A stretch of DNA of 52,771 nucleotides, from positions 33,561,613-33,614,383 of the forward strand of contig JBOZIK010000001.1 of the NCBI GenBank assembly GCA_051453625.1, in the 5' to 3' direction. The notes beneath the pieces were generated by a model. That model did not search any database and was not told where the DNA came from. It worked only from the letters and a program-made list of their open reading frames with translations. This stretch comes from Welwitschia mirabilis (Eukaryota). The position numbers and the translations under genes were made by a program. Positions 24,313-37,789 of the stretch are shown here, in pieces. The stretch's first letter is position 1. Each line of letters opens with the position of its first letter.

Positions 24313-27300
24313 AGACTAAGGTTTGGAAACTTATGACTAGACCCAAGGAACACAATGTTATGGGAATAAAATTGGGTTTTAAGAGAAAAATAAATGAAAA
24401 TTATAAAGTAGTTAAAAATAGCATAATTTTAATTTCATAAACATACTCCAAAATAAAAGGCATATTAAACCTTTATTCCAATATCTAGATTAATTTTCAT
24501 AAATATTTTTCTTGCATTAGCTTATTTCTTTAATTTTAAAATTTAAAAAATAAATGCAAAAAATGATTTCCTAAATGGTATGTTATATGAATTTGTGTAT
24601 GTATAATAACCCACTAGTCTTAGAGAACTAAGATTTTTTATCTATATATATAGATTAAAGAAGGAACTATACAGAATGAAGCAAGCTCCTTGGACATGGA
24701 ATGAAAAAATCACCACTTTTTTTAAGCACAAATCTATTAGAGGTAACTCTATTTGTTAAAAGGACCAACTCATTTTTTTTAAAAACAAATTTATGAAGAC
24801 AATATTATATTTTCTTATACATTAGATAATTTATCTCATGGTTTTATAAAAATAATGAGTAATCACTTTGAAATAAGCCTTCTAACTACAAATTTTTCTT
24901 GACTTGTAGATCAAACAATAAAATGATGAAGTATTCTTATCATAACAAAAGTTTGTAGGTCAACTTGTAAATTAGTTTGTCTTGGAATATAACACGTTCA
25001 TCTCAACACCAATAAGGGTCAAGGAAAAAATAAATGCTAAGGAAAAGAGAAATANNNNNNNNNNNNNNNNNNNNNNNNNNNNNNNNNNNNNNNNNNNNNN
25101 NNNNNNNNNNNNNNNNNNNNNNNNNNNNNNNNNNNNNNNNNNNNNNNNNNNNNNNNNNNNNNNNNNNNNNNNNNNNNNNNNNNNNNNNNNNNNNNNNNNN
25201 NNNNNNNNNNNNNNNNNNNNNNNNNNNNNNNNNNNNNNNNNNNNNNNNNNNNNNNNNNNNNNNNNNNNNNNNNNNNNNNNNNNNNNNNNNNNNNNNNNNN
25301 NNNNNNNNNNNNNNNNNNNNNNNNNNNNNNNNNNNNNNNNNNNNNNNNNNNNNNNNNNNNNNNNNNNNNNNNNNNNNNNNNNNNNNNNNNNNNNNNNNNN
25401 NNNNNNNNNNNNNNNNNNNNNNNNNNNNNNNNNNNNNNNNNNNNNNNNNNNNNNGAAGAAGTTTGAATTGGAGCATTGCAAACTAGAAACCACGCTAATG
25501 GGAACCAATGACAAGATAGATGCTAATGAAATTGGCAAGGATGTAAACACTAAGCTATAATAGAGCATGATTTAAAGCCTCCTCTACCTTACTACAAGTA
25601 TGCTAAGAAACACTTTTATTATTGGAATTTTTATTAGTTATCTGTCAAAACCAAAATAATCCCACTTAAAAGATGTTAAACAAATATTGAGGAATGTGAA
25701 TTCTACCTTAAATTATGGAATTTAGTTTTCTAGAGAGTTTATCTTACACTTATTTGCTTTTTATACTGCTAATTGGGCTATATTTAAACATTATTATAAG
25801 AGTACTAGTAATTACCATTATTTCCTAGGATTATGTATTGTTAGTTAGGTTAGTAAAAAAAAATAACCCTCTGTAGTACTATCTATTATAGATATTTGAT
25901 TGTTATTAGTTATATTGCTCAAGTTCTTTGGATTCATCGTGTTTTGAAAAATATAGATATTCATGATTGTAACATGTCCATCTTTTACAATAACTCTAGT
26001 GCTATTAATATCTTTAAGAATCCCATTCTTCACTCCCTAACCATAAACATAGATATATAATATCACTTTATTAGAGATCATGTAGAGAGCAAGGATATTC
26101 ACATGGAGTATGCACCTATAGAAGAACTTATTAATATTCTCACTAAACCTCTCTCCTAAGATAGATTTATTTCCTTATGAAAATCTCTTAATATTGAGCC
26201 TTGTCCTTAAACAATTATCTTTTCTTTCTAATCTTCATGTGCCTTATTGTCATCTTATCATCCTTTTGAATATTGACAATACTCTGTTATCCTTCATTTA
26301 ATATTTTATTAACTCTTAGTTGATTATCCTTCTATCACTCTATTATCAATACCATTTTTCTATTTATGTTTGGAATCTTATATCATGTTTTTCTGGTTGA
26401 CTGCTATACTTGACCTCCACCCCCTTTGCCCCCCTGGCCTTCTTTTTATATTACTTATTATAACCCATCTAGTTGACTAGTTCTTACCCATTACTTGACC
26501 ACCATCTTCTTGGTTTTTAGCCTTTTTTATTTTACATTTAACTATTATTCTTGATTGGTTAACCATTCCTATTTAAATTACTTTTATCCTGCTTAAGATA
26601 GTTAACTACCTACACCATAGGGTCAATCATCCAATGTCCAAAAACCCTATAAGTATAAATATGTGGCTAGGATTCTTCATTTCTTACTTTTCCCATTTTT
26701 GCTCAATTCATTTCCATTGCTCCCTTTTGACTTCTAATGCTTAACTAAGTGTTTTATATGTTCCTTTAGCAATCTTACATTAATTCTTTTACTTGTTTTC
26801 ATAATATATTAGATATATTATAAGATTTAAACAGGTCTGAGATCATCTATTTAATAATGCAAATTATCCTATTTTCATCTCTCTTTTGCTCAGTTCTCCT
26901 TAATTATTACTTAAATCTAGATTATCTTGTATTACCTTTATAATTTCCTTCTTAAATCTAGCACTAACATTATCTTTTTTTAGCATTTTAATCTTTTTCT
27001 CTTGTGCATTAGAATTAGCAAATGTATTTCAACTTCTTTGATCTTAAAATATAGATTTTGATGGTTACATACTTATTTTATTTCTTAATGCATAACATTA
27101 TTTTAGTACCTAATATGCATCTCTCTAAAAGTTTTATATAGCCTTGCTATTACTCCTATTAGTTTGTGATCCAACTAGTTAACCAAATGCTTGGTGCACT
27201 AAATCATCTCATATTCTACTAATTTTTATCTAGTTTATATAAACTTGAATATCCATTACATTATCATTAATTTAACATTGGTTTCTATTGTTTCATATTA

Positions 27301-27399
27301 ATGATTATGTAGGCAATGAACTATTATTATCATGAGGTGCTAATTTCCTTTTTTGAGTGTAGGAATTACATCCAAAGCTAGAGAAGGGATTCTTCAATT

Positions 27400-28900
27400 T
27401 ATAAAAGGTAATGAAATTAAAGCATCCACATCTTAAGCTTAGTAAGTGGATCTTTTATCTAGGATAAATAAGGACATTAGAGTTAAGCTTGAGAATAATT
27501 TTTAAAAGAGAATAATTCTATTAGAACGTTCCATTAACATGAACTCCTTCAAATAAACCTAGTTATTTAGACTCCTTTTTTCCCCCTAAAGTACTAGTAA
27601 TGATGACACCTTTTTGAGCTACATCTAAAGATTAGTGTAGAGTTGTTGGCTTGTTCTATATCAATGTACAGGTGATTTTCCTTTGTGAGCATGTGATATA
27701 GATGAAAATTTCAAGAGTAAAAATTAGAGTAATACTAAATATCATAGTAGAGACTTTAGACATTCCATGTGATGGTGGACATGATTTTATATTCATTAAA
27801 TTTTAGTACCCTCCCAGGTTTTAGTCTATATATGAAATTTGTGATAGAGACTTTTACATCTTTTAGGACAAAGCACCGTACCTCCCTCTACCAGGTGCTA
27901 CACTTGGATTTTGGTTACATTCTTTAGTTATAGTATATATCATCTTAAGTTTTCGATAAGATTTACACTCAAATATGCATTGATGCATCTTTCGTAATAT
28001 TCAAATAGATGGTGCATGGACTGTAATATATGAATCAGATCTTGTAATATGATGATCTCATCATGAATTTATGCAAGAGATTTAATGTGCCACTTTCATA
28101 ATACATCGTCATAATACTCCATCCATTACATCTTAACTACTCTACACTAGCATGCATGCATATTTTTTAGGTTGATACAATATGTGGTATAATAGAGAGA
28201 CTTTCATCACTACTCCTTCTTCATCTTTACATTCATATGCCATCTTCTCTAGAGGTAACACTGATCTTATTTTTAATATGTTTTAATTGTTGTTTATATA
28301 AATTTATAAACAAGGATATAATTAATGACACATCATTATCTCCTATAGGAAATGAGAAAGAGCATGTGTCAGAGTGGTGTTGATATTTATTCATCTCTAA
28401 AAATCATTGATACTAAGACTTTACAACCTAACCCTGCCTTAGAATATCTAGGTTTATTTATAGAAGAGAAGAAGGATGAGGAGGCTCAGGTTGAAGAGTA
28501 GAAAAAGGCACATAATAAAGTAGTAGAGGGAGTAGCAATAGCAATAGAAAAAGAAACAGAAGAGAAAGAAGAAGAACAAAAGGAAGAGGAAGAAGAGAAA
28601 GTAATAAATGAAGAAGAAATAAAGTAGAAGCAATGATTTAAAGAAAAACTGAAAGAATAGTTAGCATTTAAAGCAGAGAAAGTGAAGAAAGCACTAACAT
28701 CATAAGAACTTATTCATTTAGTAACATCATCATGGAACGAGGCTACTTCCTCATAGAGAGCCATGAGGGCATCCGTGCACTTCCTCTAATGATGTCTTTT
28801 ATCCAATACCATCTCCATAAATTAGAATTCACATTTAGAGGTATTAATTATCTTCTTCTATATCCCAGTCATCTTATATCACTACTACTATAGTGTTATT
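27400..28900 (+). pseudogene. env-like ORF remnant of element A with a Glu/Lys-rich tract
   Basis: KRIILLERSIN (~27505), VGLFYIN (~27645), EKETEEKEEEQKEEEEEK (~28545-28600); boundaries approximate. Confidence 0.5.
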
Positions 28901-29438
28901 TCATGATTTATACATAGAGTCTAATTGATTTGCTGATATTCATTTCTTTCTTTTTTTCTTATCCTTTCAATTTTTGACTCCCACAACTATCATTGATGAT
29001 AAAGGGGAGGATATAGCTATTATAGACTATTCTAAAATTGTAAACCAATACTTATGATAAAAACTATTTACACTTTTGTTCTTTTTCTTGCATGTTGGTA
29101 GCATGAAGTAATTGTACTTTAAAATTTTAATTACCTATATTATGTTCATTTATGCTTTATAAATAACTTACAATTTCAACATTCTATATTTTATGCTTTT
29201 CATGATTCTACTGCAAAACTTCATATTAGTAAATGTTTAATACTCTTCCACTTATCATACATTATATGTATCCTCCAGAAGTAAACAACTTCACATTTTG
29301 ACATTCATCTTCAACTATGTTTCAAATGCATTACTTATATAACACACTCTGGTAGGAGATGAAAAAATTTAGTGGGAGAATATATTTAGAAGGAGCATTA
29401 AATTGAATTTTGTTGTCATTAATGGAAAAATGGGATAT

Positions 29439-30514
29439 TGTTCTATGTCATGATTATCTATTAATGAAAAATCAAATTTGACATAAAGCAAAAACAATGC
29501 CCTATATTATTTTTATAGGCCTTGAATAAAGTTCAGATGCTTAGACACATAAAGAACAAATCAATCAAGAATAAGACTAGATGAGATGGATGATGAATTA
29601 GGGTAAGGATATAGAATATGTACTAAAGAGGAAGAGGATAAATAACTTATGAGTAGTTGATCAAAAGTACTTTGTGATCGATAACCTATTACAAATAACT
29701 AGAATTGATCAGTAAATGGTTAACTACCTGAATTAGGAAATCAACCATGCATCACATCTAGATTTTAACATTTTAATAAGTGATTAATAAACATATCTAA
29801 GCGGTTAATTTAAAGAATTATTTACTACTTTAATGTTGGTAAGGGATCAAGTAACTTAGAATTAAGATCAATGGTGAAGGGGTCAATTGACTCTTATCAA
29901 GGGGTTAAATGTCATTTACTTGATTATCACTCTAAGTAATCATTAGAAAGTTAAAATTAATTATTTATCCAACATTATAAGAATAAACCACCATTTTTAC
30001 TTATTCTAATAGCTACATTTCTTGGAAACTTAATCTACAATAGTTAGAAATTCATTCTATATATAATCTAAATACCATCGTCCTTGTAAAGAACTTTAGG
30101 ATATTTTATCATTAGACTTTATTATAAAATAGCATAATGTTTACTTCTTCTCTATGACTATACTTAATCTCAATTATTAAAGTATCTTAATTGCTTATTT
30201 AATGGTTGAGGATTAGAAGAAAACCCCATTGCAATTATTGTAGGACTATTGTAAATCCTATGAAAGTGATTGGTGAAAAGAACTCAATTATAAAGGCAAC
30301 TAGATCTATTTTCTATTCTCTTATGTTATTTTCATAGTGCTTATTAGTCCATTTTTATAATTTTACTTAAATTTGTGTAATTCACATTTACTTAGTGTAG
30401 ATCTCTAAATGTATTATTAGCAAAGTCTGAAAACTTTAGTTAGAAATTTCATAAGTAAAAATACCATATTACTATCCTATTAATCCATCCCTTATATGAT
30501 AGCTAGTCCTAATA
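29439..30514 (+). repeat. 3' LTR of element A
   Basis: TG start after a decayed PPT (AAAAATGGGATAT); ends CCTATT...GTCCTAATA. Confidence 0.8.
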
Positions 30515-31836
30515 ATTTTACTATCAAGATGCCTTAAAACCATTCAAAATTTTTAATTTATTGATGGTAACTTCTCCTAGAGTTATAACCATTATGGTTC
30601 CCAAATGAATAATTTTAATTATACCTAGGATCTCATTATATGCTAATTAGTTCATTTAAAGATTTAAACACATAATCTTCTAACTAGAGGATGTGTTTTC
30701 CACTAATTAGAGTAATAACTCATTGGATAAAGGATAAAAATAATAAATTTTTTAATAATATTAAGTTATAAATTAGACTAAAGGCCCATAATCATGTCAT
30801 ATAATAACTAGTATATTTTCCTAAGTTGTAAATTATCTTAAATATGTATTAGACCATCAAAAAGGAAGGGGAAAAGAGGAAAAGGAAAAGAAAGAAAATC
30901 TACTTTTTTGAGAGGAAAACTATTAATACAAACAATTAGGTTATAAAGGCCTAGATCCACTAGTAACAAGAAAATATTATTAACTATAATAACATATAAA
31001 GATTAAAAACAAAATAAGAAATAGAGAAAAAAATCATCATAAAGAAGGCTTAAGTCATTACTACAAAAAATGTATCAGATTCTTCTAATTTATATGAGTT
31101 TGTATCTTGAACATAAAGTTAAAAAGATGAATTTCATAAGTTCTTATATCTATTTGCCATATGAACATGAAAGTTATGCTAATATGGTAAAATATGACTT
31201 TTCAAAAAATCTTCCAAATGTTGTATAAGACTATTAGATGAAGACAAATCAAAATAAGAAAATGGAAATTAGAAATATTAGGAGTTTTTTTAAAAATAAT
31301 AAGCACAATGATTAGTTGAAAATTACCACAAAATGTACAAGCTTAATTTCATGTGGACTAGGACATTAGGTAAAAATAAAATTGACATTATTATAAAAGC
31401 ATTTTTTAATGTAGACTTGGTAATAGATTTCATAATAAGAAGATCAAGATAGGATATATCATTTATATGAATAATTCCCTAATTATTTTAAAAAGAGAGA
31501 AGTAAGAAATTATAGATAGATCTTTAATTGAAGTTAAAATTTAAATTCTTAAATGAATTGATGAAGTAATTATAATTGATAGGCTATTTATTGTGTAACA
31601 TAAAACTAATGTCACATTTACATTTTTACTTCTTTTAAAAGGATGCAAAGATTAAGTTCAATATATTATTTATAAAGATTTAATTATTTTGAAATATCCA
31701 ACTGATATAAATATTATGTTCTTGAGATGTTATTATATTGAAATGTGCTTTGAGTTTTTATTGTCTTGACTAAAATATTACTTTGTAATCTTTAAGAATG
31801 TTCTTGTAGTGGTGATTATTTCATTTACTTCTATTT

Positions 31837-33882
31837 CGTTACACCTTCCTAGAATTTATGCATGATTAATTACTAATTGTGAAGCTTGTTATTTATTTTT
31901 TCTCATTATTATGATTAAATGTGATAGAATAGAAAGTATTCTTTTTATATTATTAAGCCCCCGGTGGCTAGGCAAGCCTTTATAAGATGTTATAAAACCT
32001 CCACCTTTACCGTTGGCATATGATGTATCCTTTCATATTCTTGAGTCTTATTACTTTACCTATGTTCTCTCATTTTAAATAGAGTTCTTCCTTCCTCAAG
32101 TCTAGCTTACTTTTCTGAAAAGACTTTGCCTTTTAATCTTAGAGCTTAGGAGGTCTTTGGAAATTTGAAAGATCTTTGAAGTCCTCGAATACCATTTGAT
32201 ATGGGTATGGTTCTATTCTCTCTTATTTCCTAGTTGATCCATTCCTTTGTATGCGATGCGTTATTGTGTTTAATGTGTTTACATCCTTATGAAACAAATA
32301 TAAAAATGTGTGATGCTTGATAAGAGTAGAATTAGTCTTGTTTCAAGTCTCATCTCCTACTACCTTTTGTATTCAATGTCTTGATATTATAACTCAAGTT
32401 GTGCTTATCATGAATAGATACATCATGGTTATATCTTATGATTCTTCTCTTATTATCATGATTTCTTAAACTTATGATTATGTACGTTCATAGATCACCA
32501 AACAAAGCAATGGAATTCATAGATCACTGAATAAGGCAGTGAGGTGAGAATTTCATAGATTGTTAAATGAGGTAATGGGAATAATAGATTAACCACAAAT
32601 CGACGAATGAGGAAGTGGGATTTACAGATTTCCGAATGAGGTAGTAAAGTTAATGATATGTAAAAATATATATATGTAAGAACTACAGATTGCTGAATGA
32701 GGCAGTGGGCTTTACAAATCATCGAATGAGGTAGTGAAGTAAAATATGAAATATTATATGAGAACCACAAATCACCGAATAAGGCAGTGGGCTTTACAGA
32801 TTACCAAGTGAGGTAGTGAAGCGCTTGAGATATATGAAAAATATATATTAATTATTCTTATTCATAACCATAAGGTCGTTGTTTTGTGGTACAACTTGTT
32901 CTTGAAGTCCTTACTTGTCTTTCTATCTTAATTTTTGAAAATTCCTTTTTTAATCTTGCCTAGTCTTTACCTAGATCATATTAGGAGCTGTGAGATTTTC
33001 ATAGTTCTTATTCCATAATTTTGTGTGATAGGTGAAAAATATAAAGTATGATTGTTGAAGTGGGCATAATAATGTGAAGGATTATTATTCTCGTCTTGTT
33101 GGGGAATTTTGCTAAATGATCTTGTACTTCTTCATTAATCCTAAAATAGTAGTATTATATGACTAAGATTTGGGATCAAAATAAACCTCTCTTTAATAAT
33201 GTTTCATTAATGTGCATTGATTGTTAATTTCTATTTCATTATATGTTTTTATTGTAGTTCTATAAAATTTCTTGGTTTCATTCATTGAGCAAAATTATAA
33301 GAGCATCTTTCCTTGAATATACATAGGCAATGAAATATAATAATTTGATCAAATATTGTTCATGCTTTTTGAGAAATTTTTATTGAAAAAATTGAATCTT
33401 TAATTATGTAATTACCTCGAAAGCTGTATTGAATATCAATTGTGATTACCCTTTTTTTGAATTAATTTTCATTAATGTATGAAGTTCACAAATTATTTTA
33501 AACCTCACATGTAATCATTTCTTAAAGATTAATAGTCTAATTGTGAGTATAGAATATTAGTATTATGTCTTTAATGTGATATTATTATCTATTTATCAAA
33601 AAGGAAATATCAAGAAAAAGTCATATGTTTCTCTCTTCCTTCCAAAAATATTTAAAAGCTTATAAATAAGCTTGATGAGGGGCATCATTAATTATTAACT
33701 ACTATAAAAATTATATTTATGAAGTGTAATAAAATTAGGTCCTCATGTGTTAAATTTTATTAAAATTATGGGTTACTTCATAATTAATGCTTATGATAGA
33801 GGGGAATGATGAGGACTTAATCCTTTAGTAAAATAAGTAACATTTGTAAGTTTACATAGGCGTTACATTTTGGTATCAGAGC
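31837..33882 (+). mobile_element. Ty3-gypsy (Tekay/Del-like) 5' LTR plus intact tRNA-iMet PBS; internal region missing
   Basis: Ends GGCGTTACA (33867), then TGGTATCAGAGC (33871-33882). Start at 31837 (CGTTACACC) is tentative. Confidence 0.65.
32494..32820 (+). repeat. Nine copies of a ~19-bp core ATCACCGAATGAGGCAGTG with irregular spacing
   Basis: Copies start at 32494, 32523, 32559, 32599, 32628, 32689, 32718, 32771 and 32800. Confidence 0.85.
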
Positions 33883-33923
33883 ACCTATATTTGTGATCCT
33901 ATTTGACATAGTCATTGTCAAGA

Positions 33924-34809
33924 TGTTATAAAACCTAAGTTATGATAATGACTAAATAAATAAAATAATAGCTAAGTAGTTTTTCATTCACTATATGAAA
34001 TTTATAAGCTTGCAATTAAAACATGGAAATATTTATATTAAAAAATGTCCCAATGTCCTTAAGCACATCCTCTAGGAAATCAACACTCATATAAAAATTC
34101 AAAAGCCAAACAGGCACAAATGGCATGCACTTAATGTGAACTAGTCAACTATTGCAGTGAATGACAAACATGCTCTTACTTGTGTGGAAATAGAGCTATG
34201 TTAGGCTTAAATGGAGACTTCTTAGCAATAGTAATAAATGAGATATAAAATGCAGTTTTCCTATTGGCTATTATCCTCAAAGTGAAATAGAAGGTGAAAA
34301 CAGTAAGTGAAATAGAAAATGAATTGGAAAATAAAAATGGAAGGCAAAATGGAAAGTAAAAGTGGAAAGCAAAACGGGTGTGAGTGGTCGGCTGAGGATA
34401 ATCAAAGGTTCTTATAAGAGAACACCTTTCATGAGTCATTCCTCCCATCCTCTGTATCTCCTTACTCCTCCTTAGCTGTTACACCATGTGAGTAATAATG
34501 CATTAGATGAAGAAGAGGTTAACAAGCCTCTGAGTTTTTGAAGAAGAAATAAAAGGTTCGCATTAATGACTGCCATCGTATATGGATCTTGCACAATTGT
34601 ATTTCTTCACTAAAATTTGATTTATTAAGGTTAAAGCACTCAATCTTTTTTAGAAATTAGAGCATTCATAGATCAAAACAAATTGCTATACATTCGTGAG
34701 TGTTGTCTCAGCCTATGAAAATATTATATCCTTAGAATGTGAAATAGAGATTCACATAAGTTAATGATTTATCCTTAAAAAATTTGTTACAAAATAGTGT
34801 TATTACTAG
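33924..34809 (+). mobile_element. Probable LTR (33924-34791) with a decayed tRNA-Asp-type PBS (Athila/Tat-like)
   Basis: Termini TGTTATAAA...TTTGTTACA, TATA-like CTTATAAG at ~34411, PBS-like TAGTGTTATTACTAG at 34795-34809. Confidence 0.5.
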
Positions 34810-36499
34810 AAGTTTTGAATTGTTTGGGTGAAGTTAGGAATTGAACTCCTTCGGTTACAATAAAAACTATTAAAAAAGAAGGTGGTGAACACATTTACAT
34901 TGAATAGATTATGTGCAAACCACAGAGGAATAAGTTTCAATGCACTGATGTGTGAATTCCATGAGTATTTTCCACTTCTGGCAAATAGTAGTTGTTTTCT
35001 TAGTAGATGCGTGATGTCATCAATATGTGTCACCAAACATTACTACAAAAATGCCATTTAGATGCCTTAGTTTACACCCTTCAACTCTCTTGGAAAGCAG
35101 AAGTAGGAAAAATCATTATTATCAAAAGAGTGTTACTGAAATTTTAAAGAATAAGTTTGAACAATTGCAAAACAATTTGATCTTTAAATATATTATTCAA
35201 TTATACAACTAAAACTTAGAAGAGCTCATACGCACCTCACCTTGAAACTTTTTATTCCCTTATAGTTTTCTACTTTTACTTTTAACTGCTTTACGATTAC
35301 ATGTTTTTTTGTGTCATACTCAATAAATAATCAAAGTTCATTACTAATTGTTAATGCAAATGCATTGAAAATTCTCCTTTGATTACCATTTGTCACTCTT
35401 TAAAACCTTTATATTTTTTTCTTTTTTTACATGGTAACACGTTTATTAATAATTAACATTAATTATAAGGTGCTTTTGATGGAGGATGTCATTAATGAAT
35501 ATGTTATGGAACAATTGAATGAAAGATGCTAGTTTTACAAAAAGAAGGACTGAAGTTGGAGGAAACAGTGGAGGAGAAAACATAAAATATGTATGGATGT
35601 TGCCAATATAGCTAATAGAGTGCATATATAGAGTCGTAGAAAAAGTAATGAAAGTTTTCTCTTCACAATATTTTTCTACTCTCATTTGATTATTTTAAGA
35701 TCCCATTATAATGACCAGGGATTACAAGCTAATCTCGAAATTCCTTATCTTCATTTAATCATATTCCTACTCCTTTAAGTCCTTGAGGACTAAAGCCATC
35801 ATAATTGAAATGATAGAATCCTCTCCTAATGATTGTGCATGGTTATCTTAACCATAATTCTAAATCCTTCTAGCCTTTCATCATGTTTTTAATGATACAT
35901 TCTTTGATATTCTTTGGAAAAGATTCAATCCTAATAACCAACGTACTAGTATATGAAGTTGCATATAGGGTTGACAAGCAGCATCAAGTAATACAACTTT
36001 TATACTTGTTAATACGAGATAAGAAGGAGAGCCTTTTATTCTAAGAACAGAGGCTATTAACTATCATATAGCTTTGAAGGATGAATGATGCCTATAAGAT
36101 TGATGATAATGGCAGTAGTGGAATTATTATAGCAATAAGTATGTAGAGGCCTCTGAGTAAAATATGCAAGCCATTCTTTACCATTTTTTTTCCCAATACA
36201 ATGGACGCAAGGTGGCAAAGGATTATAAAAAAGATAAAAGAAGGAAAGGCCACCTCAGATGCTAGTAAGTCTAATAGCTTATCATTCATTCATATAATTT
36301 CAAAAACATCATTTTGATCTTCTAAATAAAAATCTAAATTGATGTTTTATGCTTTATGTCTAGCATTCTCTTCATCTGTGCTTCCTCTTCACAACTCTCT
36401 AAAAGAAATCATAACACTATTTATAATCTAACTAACTTAAGACAAAAGCCAACAAAAAAAAAAAAAAAATTCTATTGCAAAGTTTTAGTTCCATTCATA

Positions 36500-37400
36500 T
36501 TTTAGCTTCAGTTTCACCAATGATTTGAATGCAATTCTAGAAATTGCAAATTAGTGATTAAATACTCTATGAAGTTCTAGCATAAGTCTTTGCTATTTAC
36601 ATTTCTCTCATTCAGCTATAGCTAGGTCTTGATAAGTGTTATTCCAAACATTTGGTATAGTTTCCAGTAATCATTAGTGTTAAATTTGTATTTGTAGTAA
36701 GGGCAAATGAAGGTTTTAGATGTGCTTGGGTTAGTGATCATCTTAAGTATAGTTTGTTTGATCTCTTTAGAGCCAATGAAAACCTTGCTTTCTAAACATC
36801 CAACTTCAAAATTTTTTAGATATATGATAGAGCTACTTTCTCCTTTTACTTAGCATTTTCTCATCTCTATAGCCAACTCTTCAAATTCTGAAATGAAAGT
36901 AGAGATAATGCAGTTCCTTGTTAACACTTAGTCATCAAATGGAAATGTTTAGAATATTTTTGAGGGTTATCTTTGGCATTTTAGAAATATAACCTTGTCA
37001 TGGTTTCTCTTATCACCTATGAAGGATACAAGTCATGCTTCTATTGAGACTTTCCACTAAAAAGTAGATAAAACTGATTAACCTTTTCTCATTAATATGA
37101 AACTTTCATAAGAAGAAAACATTGTCATTTTGAATCAAGTGATCTAAAAATACTCCACTAGTTGATATAAAAGTATTCTTATGAGCATAACTTTGTTATA
37201 GTATCATTCCAATTCACAAAAACATATCTAAAGCTTTAGGATGGTGTTCACTATAGGCTTATCCTAAGAGCAAGGTCTTTAACATAATAGAATTTCTATC
37301 AGACATTCATTAATACTCGTAATAATCGAAATTAGTGGATTTGAATGATTGGAAAAACTGTTAACATGATTTTGTAGACTATAATCCTATTTCACTCTTC
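36500..37400 (-). mobile_element. Very decayed Ty3-gypsy gag-like remnant
   Basis: Minus-strand snippets LDHLIQNDNVFFY and ISEFEELAIEMRKC resemble chromovirus-type gag; weak. Confidence 0.3.
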
Positions 37401-37789
37401 ATAATATGCATTGAAATCTCATTTATATTTTGTGGTCCCTGCATTTTTACATTATAGCATATGGTGTTCTTGCAGTGCCATAGGCCTTCTTTGATCATGT
37501 ACATTGTTTATGTTTTACAAACTACTACAAATAATGTCCAACGTTTTCCAACACTTGTAATGCATCTTTAAAATGCTTAATCATACAACACAATCCTTTT
37601 TATCTCTATTAAAATATTTCTTATCATTATAGTTTAAAAACCCAATTAATGCCCCCATCAAGATAAACGTATCAACTATGATCAAAGGTTACTAATCGAA
37701 ATCTCTCTTTTTGAAGACAGTTGCTATCATAAAATTTTATTTTAGATAATCTTGATAGGTCTAGGTTTTAATTCTTACTCATAATAATT

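Larger units (their letters stand above)
11165..30514 (+). mobile_element. Old SIRE-like Ty1-copia element A, interrupted by element B
   Basis: Homologous LTRs at 11165-~12180 and 29439-30514. gag ~12240-13150, PR (SRHMSGD ~13233), IN (CQAYQLGK, DDYFRFSW), RT split at 14888/24313, RH to ~26210, env-like ~27400-28900. Flanks GCTTT/ATTTT may be a decayed TSD. Confidence 0.82.

Noticed and set aside
32494..32820. CRISPR-like repeat/spacer appearance
   Set aside because: Eukaryotic LTR context, degenerate repeats, related and irregular spacers, no cas genes.
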